DNA of 64,000 bases from Anthoceros angustus (Eukaryota > Plantae > Anthocerotophyta): positions 186,001 to 250,000 of the forward strand of contig VJWM01000107.1 of assembly GCA_010909165.1 (NCBI GenBank), read 5' to 3'. Below, piece by piece: positions 10,960-22,179 of the stretch (positions are counted from its first letter, which is position 1; each line of letters opens with the position of its first letter). A model generated the notes under the pieces. It had not been told where the DNA came from. It saw only the letters and a list, made by a program, of their open reading frames with translations, and did no database searches. The position numbers were made by a program, and so were the translations under genes.

Positions 10960-12385
10960 GCTAATGCTTCATCCCCCAAGTGATGGAGTGAGGGCCACAT
11001 TTTCCGGTGGCAGTTCTACAGCATGGCTCCATCCTCTTCCCATTGAAGGCATGTTCTACAGGTGGTCGTGTGACTTGGTTGGAGAGCTGCCCACACACCA
11101 AGAGGAATGTGCTATGTCATGGTTATGCTTAGCAAGTGGATCGAATTGGTGGCCCTCCCGAACAAGACGAGATGTAGTACGAGCTAGGCCTTTCTCCATC
11201 ATGTCTTGAGCAGATTTGGAGCTTGTGTTGAGTGACTCACCGACCAAGGAATTGAATTTCATGGTGAGTTCCAGAATTTGTTGGATAGTGCCCTTACCGA
11301 CCATAGGAGGACTTCATGGGATCACCCACAAGCGGATGGACTTGCGGAGCGCATGGTTCCAATAGTAAAACAAGGACTGAGAAAATTGTGTTTAGCTAGA
11401 CAACATTGCAAGGATTGGGACCTTTTCCTCCCCTACATATATTACTATGGGCTACCGTATGTCCAAGCATGCTAGCCTCAACAACTTTTCTTCTTACTTG
11501 CTGTTTGAAAGGGAGCCTTTGCCACCTGCTGCCATTGTAGCTCAAATGGAGCTGGCAGTAGATACTTGGACAGCCCCGCTGTTTGGGCTAAAGTGGTGGC
11601 TGAACGAGCTGCTTTATTTCGCTAGGTGATGCCCATGGCCATGCACCATTTGCAGATTGCGCAACATCGTCACACCTTGCGATAAGCCCATGTGAGGGGA
11701 GGAAGTTATTGCCCCAAGCTGTGAAAATTTCAAGTTGGGAACAACATTTACTTGCAGCAGCAAAAATCTGATACTTTGGATGCTTCAGCGAGTAGGCACA
11801 TTCTTCGGGTGAAGACGGTGCATGAAAATGGTATGCTGGTGCTGATGGACGGACCATCTCCGACAATTCCAACAATTGCACACCCTCTCACCTGCCCAAC
11901 TTGGACCCTATCATCGTCATAACCAGTTGGGTCCCTCCTATTGACTTGCCTTGTCAAATCTGCCAGTGCACATATGATGCAGATAAGATGCTTTTGTGTG
12001 ATGGGTTGAATGCTAGAGTTCACTTGTTTTGTTTGACACCTTTATTGCCTGACGTGCCATATGGTTTGTGGTTTTGCCTTGCTTGTACAGCTCAAGGTCG
12101 GGCACCTCGCCGATCATAGGCCCTGATTGTCCATCGTCTCCAATTTGGGGGAGGGATGGCAGGGGCGGGTATGAGGATGTGACCGCCCACTTTGCTAGTT
12201 GTGGCTAAGTTGTCCCAAGGGGTCATCCGTGTTAGCTGGATAGCTGCTTGCTAGAGGATGTAGGCTGCAATGTTAACCGAGCAAGCTTTGTGTTCTTGGG
12301 CTTTCCTTGTGATGTGCTTAGCTAGATGCATGGGTGATTTTGTCTAACGCTGATGTAAGTGTAAGCATCCTGTTTTGCACGACAC
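10960..12385 (+). mobile_element. Degenerate Ty3/Gypsy integrase with a C-terminal PHD finger, PPT and probable 3' LTR
   Basis: Integrase fragments RWSCDLVGELP and HPQADGLAERMV, with internal stops and frameshifts. PHD-like CQIC...CDG(L)...HLFC...WFCLAC at 11952-12086. G-rich tract TTTGGGGGAGGG near 12143. TG...CA segment about 12179-12383. Confidence 0.8.
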
Positions 12386-13065
12386 CACTACTTTGGTTGG
12401 AGAAAAAACATATTTCAGATGAAGTTAATACATATAGGATGTAGCCTCTTCCTTGCAGGGCTCTTGAAATAGGTTGTGGATCCACCTAGTCCACTGACGT
12501 GGAACTCAAAAACTACATAATATTCTCAAAACATTTTATCCTTGTGAACTTGCTAACTTTATGAGACTTATTGAAGTTTTTCTTACTTGGTTGGACAACT
12601 TGATAACAAATTTCAACCCTAAACCCTAACTTCTCGAAACTTCCCTTACTGATCTTTAATAAACCATACCGCCTTCCTTTTCAGTGCACCTATTTTCCGA
12701 GCTGCCTAGAGAAGACTATTAGTGATGATTAGTTTGCAAGAATTCCCAAGGTCAACAGCTACCTTGCACAAAAATCCATCCTTAGAGCATTAGCATGCTA
12801 AATCAACGCAGTAGGACATGACCTTGCCCTCGCAGGGCTAAAAGCGGTGTATTGGATTGACGTATTAACAACAACCAGCTACACACGAAGCTAACATAAA
12901 ATCAAATGGGATGAATTGAATTCTGTGCATTGCACAAAAGTATTTAGAATTAGATCACAATAGCTTGTCATGTTTAAATGGGACTATCTCAGGACGTTGA
13001 ACATCAAAATTTGTGATACACATACATAGTACATGCTGCACCTACTTACGGTATTTACCAAAAAT

Positions 13066-15490
13066 CTACAATTTGAAAATCCGGACCGGATAGCCGTCTT
13101 TGGGCCGGGGATGCGGAAGGAACTGAAGGTTTTGGTCGCTCTTAGGGTTAACGGGCTCCCACCTGGAATAAGAAGCAGCAACAGTGCGTTGAAGCAAACG
13201 GAAACGGGAAAAAGGCAAATGCGACGACTCTTGTATGGCAGTAACAGACTTTCAATGTACCTGTAGGTGAGCAGCAAGTGGTACATGAAGACAGTGATCT
13301 CGAGCTTGGCCAACTCATTGCCTGGGCACAAACGGTAACCTGCACCGAAGGGCGTGAACATTCCTCCCTTGAGCTTGATTTTCTGGCAAGACGAGACGAA
13401 CAAAACAGTCAGCTGATGTTTTTGTGTCCACTGCGGAAAGACAATCCAGTGAGCGAATTCAATTGTTTGGCAGTGGCTTACATCCCAGCGATCGGGGTCG
13501 AATTTCTTGGGGTCGGGATAAACTTCCGGGTCCAGATGCACCACCCTGAACCAGGGCTGCACGAACCAGCCCTTGGGAATCGTGTGGCCTGACACAACAC
13601 AATTTGACTTGTGACAACCTTGGGTGCACTGCATTGCATTCCACTGCACTGCCTGCACAGAAGGATAGCAGCACCAATTTCAGGTCTGCAGCAAACCCAC
13701 TTACCGTTCACTTGGATGTCAGACTTGACCTGCCGGAACACCATAGGGGACACGTTCACCAGCCTGAGGGTCTCGTCGATGACCTTGGAGATATAAGTCA
13801 TGCTCTTGTACTCGCCGAAAGTGAGGGGTTCTCCAGGCACTTTGGCATCGTGCACTTTCCGTACTTCGGCCTGCCAGGGCCAGAGCATGGAATTTGTGAG
13901 CAAGAAAGGCAATTTCTTTCCTTTCCTTTCCTTTCCTTTCCTTTCCTTTCCTTTCCTTTCCTTTCCTTTCCTTTCCTTTCCTTTCCTTTCCTTTCCTTTC
14001 CTTTCCTTTCCTTTCCTTTCCTTTCCTTTCCTTTCCTTTCCTTTCCTTTCCTTTCCTTTCCTTTCCTTTCCTTTCCTTTCCTTTCCTTTCCTTTCCTTTC
14101 CTTTCCTTTCCTTTCCTTTCCTTTCCTTTCCTTTCCTTTCCTTTCCTTTCCTTTCCTTGCCATGCGATATATGCATTAAAAAAATGCTTCCATGCCCATA
14201 TTTTGGACGTAGATGCGACGTACCAGAGCTTTCTTCCAGACGTGGGGGTGCTGGTAGAGCAGAATCATGATCCACAGCCCGGTGTGGGCGGACGACTCGT
14301 GGCCTGCAAGCAGGTAGACGATGAGCGTGTCGATGATTTCTTCATCTGTCAGCTTCTTGCCGTCTTCGTCCACGTTTGCCATCATCGCCTCCAACACGTC
14401 ATTGTGCACCTCGTTCTTCTCCTGGGTGCTCCTCCTCTTGTCGATGATGCCTTGCAGGATGACGTTCAACCTTTTGCGGGACTGCGCCATGACCACGGGC
14501 TGGAGTGAGTGGCTGCTTCCACGTTGTCCACAGCCCAAAATTGTCATCCAAAGGGATTTGGGGTTGGGGCTCACCTTGAGGGATCTGTAGTAGGCGGTGC
14601 CTGGAAGCTTGATCGGCATTGCTCGGAGGCCGTGAACAAATTCCAAGAACTCGTTGCACAGTGCCGTGCATTCGGGGCCCGGCTTGTAGCTGATGAACAA
14701 GGCGGAGATCACCTGGAAGGTGAACTGCGGCACTCACGAGTGGCAGGACTCAGTTCCAATTCCGCGAGTGCATAATCAGGCAGGCATCAAAGCATGAATT
14801 GAGATGCCGAATGGCACAAGGATTTCAATCACTGACCAGCTTCAGATGGTCGTAGCCACTCACGGAGTCCTTCTTGCTCCAGGCCTCGAACTCCTCCTTC
14901 ACCATGGCCTCGATCCGGGGAATGAAGTTCTTCAAGATGTGAGGACCGTTGATGGAGTCGTAGGTGAGCCTGCGCAGCCGCTTGTGCTCCTCTCCCTCAA
15001 TGGCGGTGAAGGACTTCTTCCCCAGGATGGTCCTGGTGGACTGCGGCCACCCGGACACGAACACGTCGTTCCGGTTCATCACCAGCTTGTTCATCTCCGG
15101 CGTGGTGGACAGAATTGCTGGCTGGAAAAACATGTAGGTCTTGTACAGCCCGGACTGTTTCCCAAACCTGCATTGAGGGCAGAGCTCAGAATTCGCACGT
15201 GATGCAAAACAAGAATTTTGCAAGCTTGCAATCCGATGAACCCACCTGGAGATGAAGCCATTCATGAAGGAGTCGGGGTCCTTGGACTTGAATGCGCGGA
15301 TGAAAGGCAGCATGGTGCCGATGAGCGGCCATCCCATGTCCCCGGGAGGCAGAGGGCCCTGCCCGCTCAGAAGTTTGGGCTCGTAGAGCCAGGAATTGAG
15401 GTTTTTGAGCAAGGTGAAGAGCACTCCTGCTCCCACGGCAAGCAGAGAGAGCCCCACAGGCGAGAGCAACTCCATGGCCACGTTTGCCAT
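13066..15490 (-). CDS. KAO: Cytochrome P450, CYP88 family (ent-kaurenoic acid oxidase-like)
   Basis: Eight exons: 15490-15246, 15167-14837, 14724-14575, 14481-14224, 13870-13705, 13588-13482, 13382-13261, 13162-13066. Motifs: LPPGDMGWP...RAFKSKDPDSF, EEHKRLRRLT, LLAGHESS, DETLR, FDPDRW, heme motif PFGAGYRLCPGNELAKLE, C-terminal FLPHPRPKD. Family is well supported; the KAO activity itself is inferred. Confidence 0.88.
13916..14155. repeat. Perfect (CTTTC)48 / (GAAAG)48 microsatellite in P450 intron 4
   Basis: 240 bp of uninterrupted pentamer, counted from the sequence. Confidence 0.98.
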
Positions 15491-18213
15491 GCTCAGCTGC
15501 TCCCAAGCACTCGTTGACTTCCGGCCGGCACCCGAGCTTGCGGATGCAGAACTCGCCTAGGACACGCGTGCGGAACAGTCCAGGACTGCATATGTAGTAG
15601 TAGTGGCATGCGTTGACAGAGAGATGGTCGTGAGCGGGTGGTAAAGCAATGCGCAATGTCTGCTGTTGCTAACAGGGTCTCGGTGAATTGCTGGAAGGGG
15701 GCTGAATGAAGGAATATCTAGGGATGGCCTGTAGCAAGCTTGCTAAATATTCCTCACCTGCGAGTGGCTAGAGCAGCATATATGTCAAGCAGATTCCAGC
15801 GACGAGGAGGACACAAGAGGCCACGGAGGCCTGAAGGTACAGGGCATCTTACCGCGGCTAACACGTCCGAGAAGTTTGGGATATGTCGTTTGCTGCTGCT
15901 TGCGAGCTCTGCATCCGGTAAGGGAATCCCAGCCGCAAGTTGGAATCCGAGCCGCAAGTCAGATTCGGCTGTTGCGGTTGGAAATGGTGGGCCAAGAGGG
16001 AGGAGGCGTTGAAAGATACGCTGTGTTTGTTGTTGCGTAATTCTGTCGTCTTCTTCCAAGAGCTGATCCAATGCAAATTATCCGCGAGGACGCTGGTGTC
16101 GCGGCTCGCCTCGTAGGCGTTCACCAACATTCGTAGATGTGGCTACTTGCTTGGCTTCGCCCCTCGCGGTCGGGCCCGGGAATGATTGGCGGCTGAAGAA
16201 CGGAGGCAGTGCAGCGCGGGGTACCGCAGGGGATGCATGAGACGTGTCAATACTTGGCTGTGCTCAATGCGGAGAGCAGAAAGGACAGCTGGCCAGACCG
16301 AACATGCAAGCTTGAAATTCCGACGTCGATCGCGGAAGGTGTGTGCAAGATCGGGTGCACACTGCGGATTTGTTTGCAAACAGGTAGATTGTCGCTCTTG
16401 TCATCTTCCCTCGGCTTCAGTTCACTTGAGGTGGTGCAGGTGTCAACCTAGCCTTTGACGAGAGGAGGTGCTGGAGTGAAATGCTGCTCCGAGGGCTGTT
16501 CCTAGGGCCGTCCCGGATCGCAATCTCGAATTATGGAGAATTGATGATGGCGCGATGCTGAGGTCGTGAATGATGAGGTCGTGTATAGAGAGGAATTTGT
16601 CAGTGGATCGGTTGCAACTTGGTTGAGAATTGTTTATGGTGTTTGTCAGTATCTACGCACTCCAGTGCGTAGGGTGTCAGAGTGTGTCACAGACTGGAAA
16701 GCAATGCTTACATATGTATTTATTATGCAGCTGCAGCACGGTGGCCATGCCATTGCTGTTAGCATTGCTGTGATCTGGAAGCAGCTACATGCATAGCTAA
16801 TAAGCCGAGGTTGCGTGGGGGTGGCGGAGATGTGCACGGAAGCCGATGCTGCAAAAAGGTACATATCTACCTACTCTCGGCCCACCTACCGACGCCACGC
16901 GCCATCAAGGCCCGGGAATGGCGACTCGGGAGAAGCGCACATGGACTTTTTGCGGAGGCCACTTTGTTATCAGTGCAAATGCTTGGTGCATGGAATGTTT
17001 CTTTTTAGGGCAAGCGCACATGGACTTGAGTTCCTACTTCCTAGCCTGCGTTCTTCACACAGTCCCAGACACGAATAGTGTGCGATTGTCACGGTAGGGA
17101 AACATGGGGTAGAACGCACAAGACGAGACACGCCGCCACGACAAGCCCTGGCTGGGGCCTGCGGCAGCAGCTGCAACTGGAGCCTGCAGGTGGCACCAGA
17201 CTTGGAGCTCAGCTATTATGTAAGAAATTTGACATGGTCCCATCCATTTTACATCACCTTGGCCCTGCCTGGCATTTCACCGTCTTACATCACGTACATA
17301 TAAGTCTGCTCCCCTGCTGGCAGATGGGTGCACAACAGAACAGAACCTTGGCCAAGGCGATCGAGGGCAACCGCTGTGGCAGTGGAGGCGGAGGGGTGCA
17401 CCTTGCTCTGTCCCAGCCTCCCAGGCACCAGGGGTGTAAAGTGTAAAGCAAGGCTGGCCCTGGCGGTCTGCTGTTACAGCATCTACATGTGTCCCATCAA
17501 CATTCGATTCCCCATCAGCCTGAGCAGCAGGCGCACAACCAGGAGTCGGACAGGGCAGTGATGGGGCAGACGGGAGTGCAGTGCCAGCCAGCGTCCCAGT
17601 TTGAAGAAAGCGGGTGGAGTGAGAGTCACGGGCAGGGACGAGGACAGCACCACCTGCTTGCTTACAAATGAAGCCCCTATCCAGGTAGGTATTGAGGAAC
17701 GTAATATTGCCTACATAAGCTGAAACGTGAAGAAGGGATGTGGATGTACATGTGTGTAGAGTGGAGGCCGTCCCTTGGGCCGCGTGTGAAGCTGCTGGGC
17801 TGCACGGACATGGACAGCGTTAATGGCAAGACATGCCTGGCCCGCTCGACATGCCAGGCCTGCTACTGCTATTGCTATTGCTATTGCTATTGCTAGTGCT
17901 AGTGCTACAGGCTACAGCGGGTACGTACCATCCGATCCCCACAGCTAGGCTTACCCTGTAAGTATCTCAACGGTCAAATAATTGCACGGCTGCCTACTCC
18001 CAAAGCCCAAACCTACCCTGGTTGCAGAGCCCAGAGGCCAAGGCCAAGCCCTGGGGCTGGCAAAGGCATCGGATGAGATCCTTGCAGCGTGCCGCGTGTC
18101 GATCACTCATTGCAAAAAGGGGTGGCTGTCAAGACACAGGCAGATGCCCTTACATGCCGTCATGTATGTATGATGGTTGGCAGTGGCTTCAAGTTGTGGC
18201 ACCCGTTGCCATG

Positions 18214-18363
18214 GCCGTTGCCGTTGCCGTTGCCGTTGCCGCTAGCGGCCCATGGCCATGGCCCTGGCCCTGGCCCTGGCCCTGGCCCTGCCCCTGCCCC
18301 TGCCACTGCCCCTGGCCCTGGCCCTGGCCCTGGCCCTGCCCCTGCTCCTGCCCCTGCCCCTGC
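18214..18363. repeat. Compound GC-rich hexamer microsatellite: (GCCGTT)4, (TGGCCC)n, (TGCCCC)n
   Basis: Direct reading of the sequence. Confidence 0.9.
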
Positions 18364-20249
18364 ATTTGTTTTCATTTTCCTCCCGTGCCCGCGCCGCCCA
18401 GATTTGCTTTGCACGATATCATAAAAGAAGCAATCGCTGACCTCGGATGCCATGCCTGGCAGTGGCAGAGGCAGAGACAGAGGCAGCGCGACAGTGCGCC
18501 AGTAGGTGCCTTTCGTTGGCTTGCAGCATCATCACACATATATAGTCTATAGTCCTTTTCATGAAACGGCCACCAGGCCAGGCCAGGGCCCGGCCCGGCC
18601 GGTCTGCTGCCACAACAAGACACAGGCGGCTAGCTGGTGCTGGACCATTGGTGTGTGCAAATCGTAGACAGGCGGTGGCCGAGGGGGCCCCACCATTGAC
18701 GCAGTGTACATATGTACATACATGTGTAGGTATACATACGCCTGGTTTGTGCGTCGGTATAGGAGGGCGATGACATACAGACATATCCGGATGGGGTGAG
18801 ACGGGACTCGGGAGACGCGGGTAATAAATGCTTGTGTGTGTGTGGACGATTTGGAGATAGGATTCCCAGTCAGTTTCCTCCCCCTTTCGATTTCAACTTT
18901 GAACAAGGGAGAGTGCGTGCCTTCCACTTTCCAATTCCTTGCCGCGTCTGTTGAAGAGAGAAGTCTGTTGGAGTCTTGGAGAGTCTGTTGCGAAAAATCC
19001 CCAAATGGACGAGACGTAGTGTAGACTGTAGAGCATGGGCCAGTCACCGGATGGATGGGATTCTGTCACCACGGCTTCCAATTTGCTGCCCTGCTCTGCC
19101 ATGTGACACATTTCAACCGACGTGGGCCCCGCGGCGGGCGTGCGGGTCCCACCCCGGGGCTCGGGCTCCTGCTCTGCTCCTGCTCCTCACCGCCGCTACG
19201 CGTCTCGGCCCTATTGCACAGAGCTGCGTCAAGTGCGTACACAGCAGGTGGCCGTGGAGCTGTGGAAGGGAACTCCCGGAATCGCGATTGCCATTTGCCA
19301 TGGCCGCGTCGCCCTGTAGGTGAAAGGTGGGCGAAACAGTGTTGCAGTGCAGTGCAGTTGCCGTGCTGGGTGGATAGTGCACAAGTGCGGAGTGAAGTGA
19401 AGCGGAGTAGCAGTAGCGTCGTGTGCAGTGCAGTGCAGTGCATGAGTGCAGAGCATACAGCATAGGCATACGCTAGTGCAGGCCAGGCCAGGCCAGGCTC
19501 CTGGCCGAGTGCAGTGTCACGGTGTGTCCTTCTCGTCTCTTCCATCCCCCACCGCCCAGTCTACTCCCACAACAGCCAGCCGCTGCTTCGCTTCCAAGTC
19601 TCTCTTTTCTCGTTTCGTTTCCGCGCGGCCCTCCTCTCCGCTCCTGCTCCTGCTCCTGCTCCTGCTCCAGAAGCGTCTGGGTCTTGTCTTGTCCCTTCCG
19701 GCCCGGGCCGATCTTTCCGCTCCCCGTTCCCTCTCCCTTTCCCTTTCCCTTGCCCTGCACAGGGGTTTGCCGCTTTTGGCTAACGCGCCTGCCTCCCCGT
19801 CGGCAGCGGGTCAGGGCCAGCGACACATTCCCCCACCCTCCGGCACTGGGCACGGCCTTTCTTTCTTGCTTGCTTTGCATGTTGCAACTCCCTGCGCCTT
19901 ACAGAGCCTGTCCACCATCGAATCCAGCCCCAGGCCCCCGGGCAGTCTTCAGGCGGAAGGAAGGAAGAAAGGCGGGAGGAAGGAAGAAAGGCGGGAGGAA
20001 GGAAGGAAGGAAGGAAGGCAGAAGGGAAGCTTCCGGCTGCCGGGCCGGTGCGCCATTCCGCTACCTTGTCCCCTTCTCCACTCCTCTCCTGGCCTCTCCT
20101 CTCCTTGCCTTGCCGCACCTGCACTGCCCTGCTGCAAATTACACTGGCCTGGGCGCTCACCTACCTCTCTTCACCGGTGCTCTCGGCTCCCCTTCTCCTG
20201 TTCTGCCCCGCCGCATCCCTGGCCCCCAGCTCCACCATGCCCTGCTGCC

Positions 20250-21804
20250 ATGGTGGTGCTCAGTAGGTCCAGCACCGACCGCGCCCGGGCCCTCTCGCGC
20301 GCCGCCTCCTCCGTCACCACTGTGGACCAGCCCCAGCAACAGCCCCCGGCTCAAGAGGGGGGACCCAAGAAAGGTAACGCTAGGAAATCCGGGAGAACCC
20401 GTCTGGTGTCCAGGCAGCAGCAGGAAGCACGAGCTGGAGTAGAAGCAAAGCCAGCAGCAGCGGCTGTCACCCAGGTTCCCCAGGTGCAGGCGCAGGCGCA
20501 GGCGCAAGCGCAGGAGCTGGTGTCCAGACCGCAGCTCCAAGCCGCCCAGCAAATGGAGGATCCGGACACCTTCAGCTGTTACAGTAGCATAGAGTGGAGG
20601 AAGCGGACGATGCTGGAATTGTTTGGGGACGACACTCTCCCCGACCAAGACGACTTGGAACCCGAGTCGGAGGAATGCCACACCAGTGCCAGCTTCACTA
20701 GCCCAGGGGAGTCCGACCTTGAACTTCAACCTCACCTCCTCCACGAACGTGGGGATGGACATGGAGAAGGGCATGGGCTTGCGCATGCGCATGTACATGT
20801 ACATGCTTCCAGCAGTGGGAGTGGCACTCCCTTGCACCAGGAGCTCACCAGCTGCAGCGACAGCGATCACCGGTACCCCTGGAGCAGCACCCACAGGTAG
20901 CTCGTCCGCTGATGACAGCCATGAATTCATGCCTGCTGCTTCCGGGTCGGGTCCGGTCCCCTCCGATCATCAAACCCTAGTCTGAACGTTTGCTTGTCTT
21001 CCCGCTCACTGCAGGTCGTCTTCCAATTCCGCCTCCGCCTCCGCCTCCGCCTCCGCCTCCGCCTCTTCGGAGCCCAGCAGGCAAAAACAGCGGAGACAGC
21101 TTGCCAGGCACCTTCGTGTCGAGCTTCCGCATCGCGCTGTCAAGAGAGCCAGATCCGACACTTGCAGGAAATCATCCCATTCCAACGTCTCTCATTCCGT
21201 GCCCGGCCCTTCCGATTGTGGCACCAGTGGGATGGACGGTCTTAGCCTGCTGTTAGAGGTGGCTCGGGGGGTCTCTGAATGCGAATGCCGCGGGACGGGA
21301 GCAGGATCAGCATCAGGATCAGCATCAGGAGTGGACAGTGTCTCGCACTCGGTGCAGTCGCCTGCTTCGCCGCAGCCATCCCAACATTCGGCTTCCACCA
21401 CGGCAACCTTGCAGAGCAGCGTCAAGGCGGATCCGGACGGCGTCTCCGCTACGACCCACAAGCACAGCACTCCCAAGAAGCGCGCCGACGGCAACATACA
21501 GGGGCCCACCTCGGCCAGAAGATCGTCTCCCGCTGTACTTCCGGCCGCTGCCCATAAGGACTCGCAATGCAGCGCCCAAGGGAGTTCTGGTGGGCAGAAG
21601 CGCAAGAATTCTGGCTCTCCCAGAATCACCAAGGATGCGAGCACGGGCAAGGAGTGGCAGGCTGTGGCAGCCGAGGACGAGCCCGAGGACGAGGAATGCT
21701 GTGCCGACACATCGAGGCCTGGCCTCATGCCATGGAATCGGATGAAAGCGGGGAAGGGGCTGGGAAGTCGCCGCTACCGCCTCCTCTCCAGCATGCTCTG
21801 CTAG
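20250..21804 (+). CDS. Two-exon, low-complexity, probably disordered nuclear protein (478 aa); no recognised domain
   Basis: ATG 20250; exon 1 to 20896 (AG/gtag) and exon 2 from 21015 (cag/G) join in frame to the stop at 21804. Basic clusters KKRAD and QKRKN; short motifs DGLSLLLEVA and SRRYRLLSSML. Confidence 0.65.
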
Positions 21805-22179
21805 TGCACTACAAGTTTTTCCAAGGGTTTGGACGTGACTTGCCAGGGACACCGCCCACCTTCATCCCCCTTCTTCGATCCAGGAAATTTTTTGGCGGGA
21901 TGCTCGACCCCAGGGTCTCACCGCACATGCATCGATCGGCGAGTATGGCCTCGGTCGACGGCGACCTGATCATGTCGCCACACGGCGACGCCTCCATTCC
22001 AGTAACGCCCGCAAGTAGCCTTTAGACGACAAGAGCAGAAGCAGAGGAGATTTCATGTGGGAAGGAATTTCACCGGCATTGCAACGTAGATAGGTGACAG
22101 GGAGCTAGGGAAGCCGCAGCAGGACTGCAAGGCATTCTGATCCGGCAGGCCTGCCTGTGTACACGAAGCTTGTAAATAG

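Noticed and set aside
12614-12630. AACCCTAAACCCTAA telomere-like motif
   Set aside because: Only two units; a common telo-box-type interstitial motif.
13478-14275. ORFs with KGKER and FPFLS repeats
   Set aside because: These are translations of the intronic (CTTTC)48 microsatellite fused to P450 exon pieces, not proteins.
1-15490. ABCG transporter, ECI and CYP88 as a biosynthetic gene cluster
   Set aside because: There is no terpene synthase or other signature enzyme, the genes are separated by TMEM41 and TE relics, and the chemistries are unrelated.
15754-16460. Several overlapping 80-105 aa ORFs upstream of the P450
   Set aside because: No domain recognised and no consistent spliced model could be built.
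18022-18784. ORFs with WPWP, GPGP and ALAL repeats
   Set aside because: They are read-throughs of hexamer microsatellites in all frames.
19446-20249. 268-codon in-frame extension of the orphan gene
   Set aside because: It starts at GTG, has no ATG before 20250, and is composed of SSR translations in GC-rich DNA.
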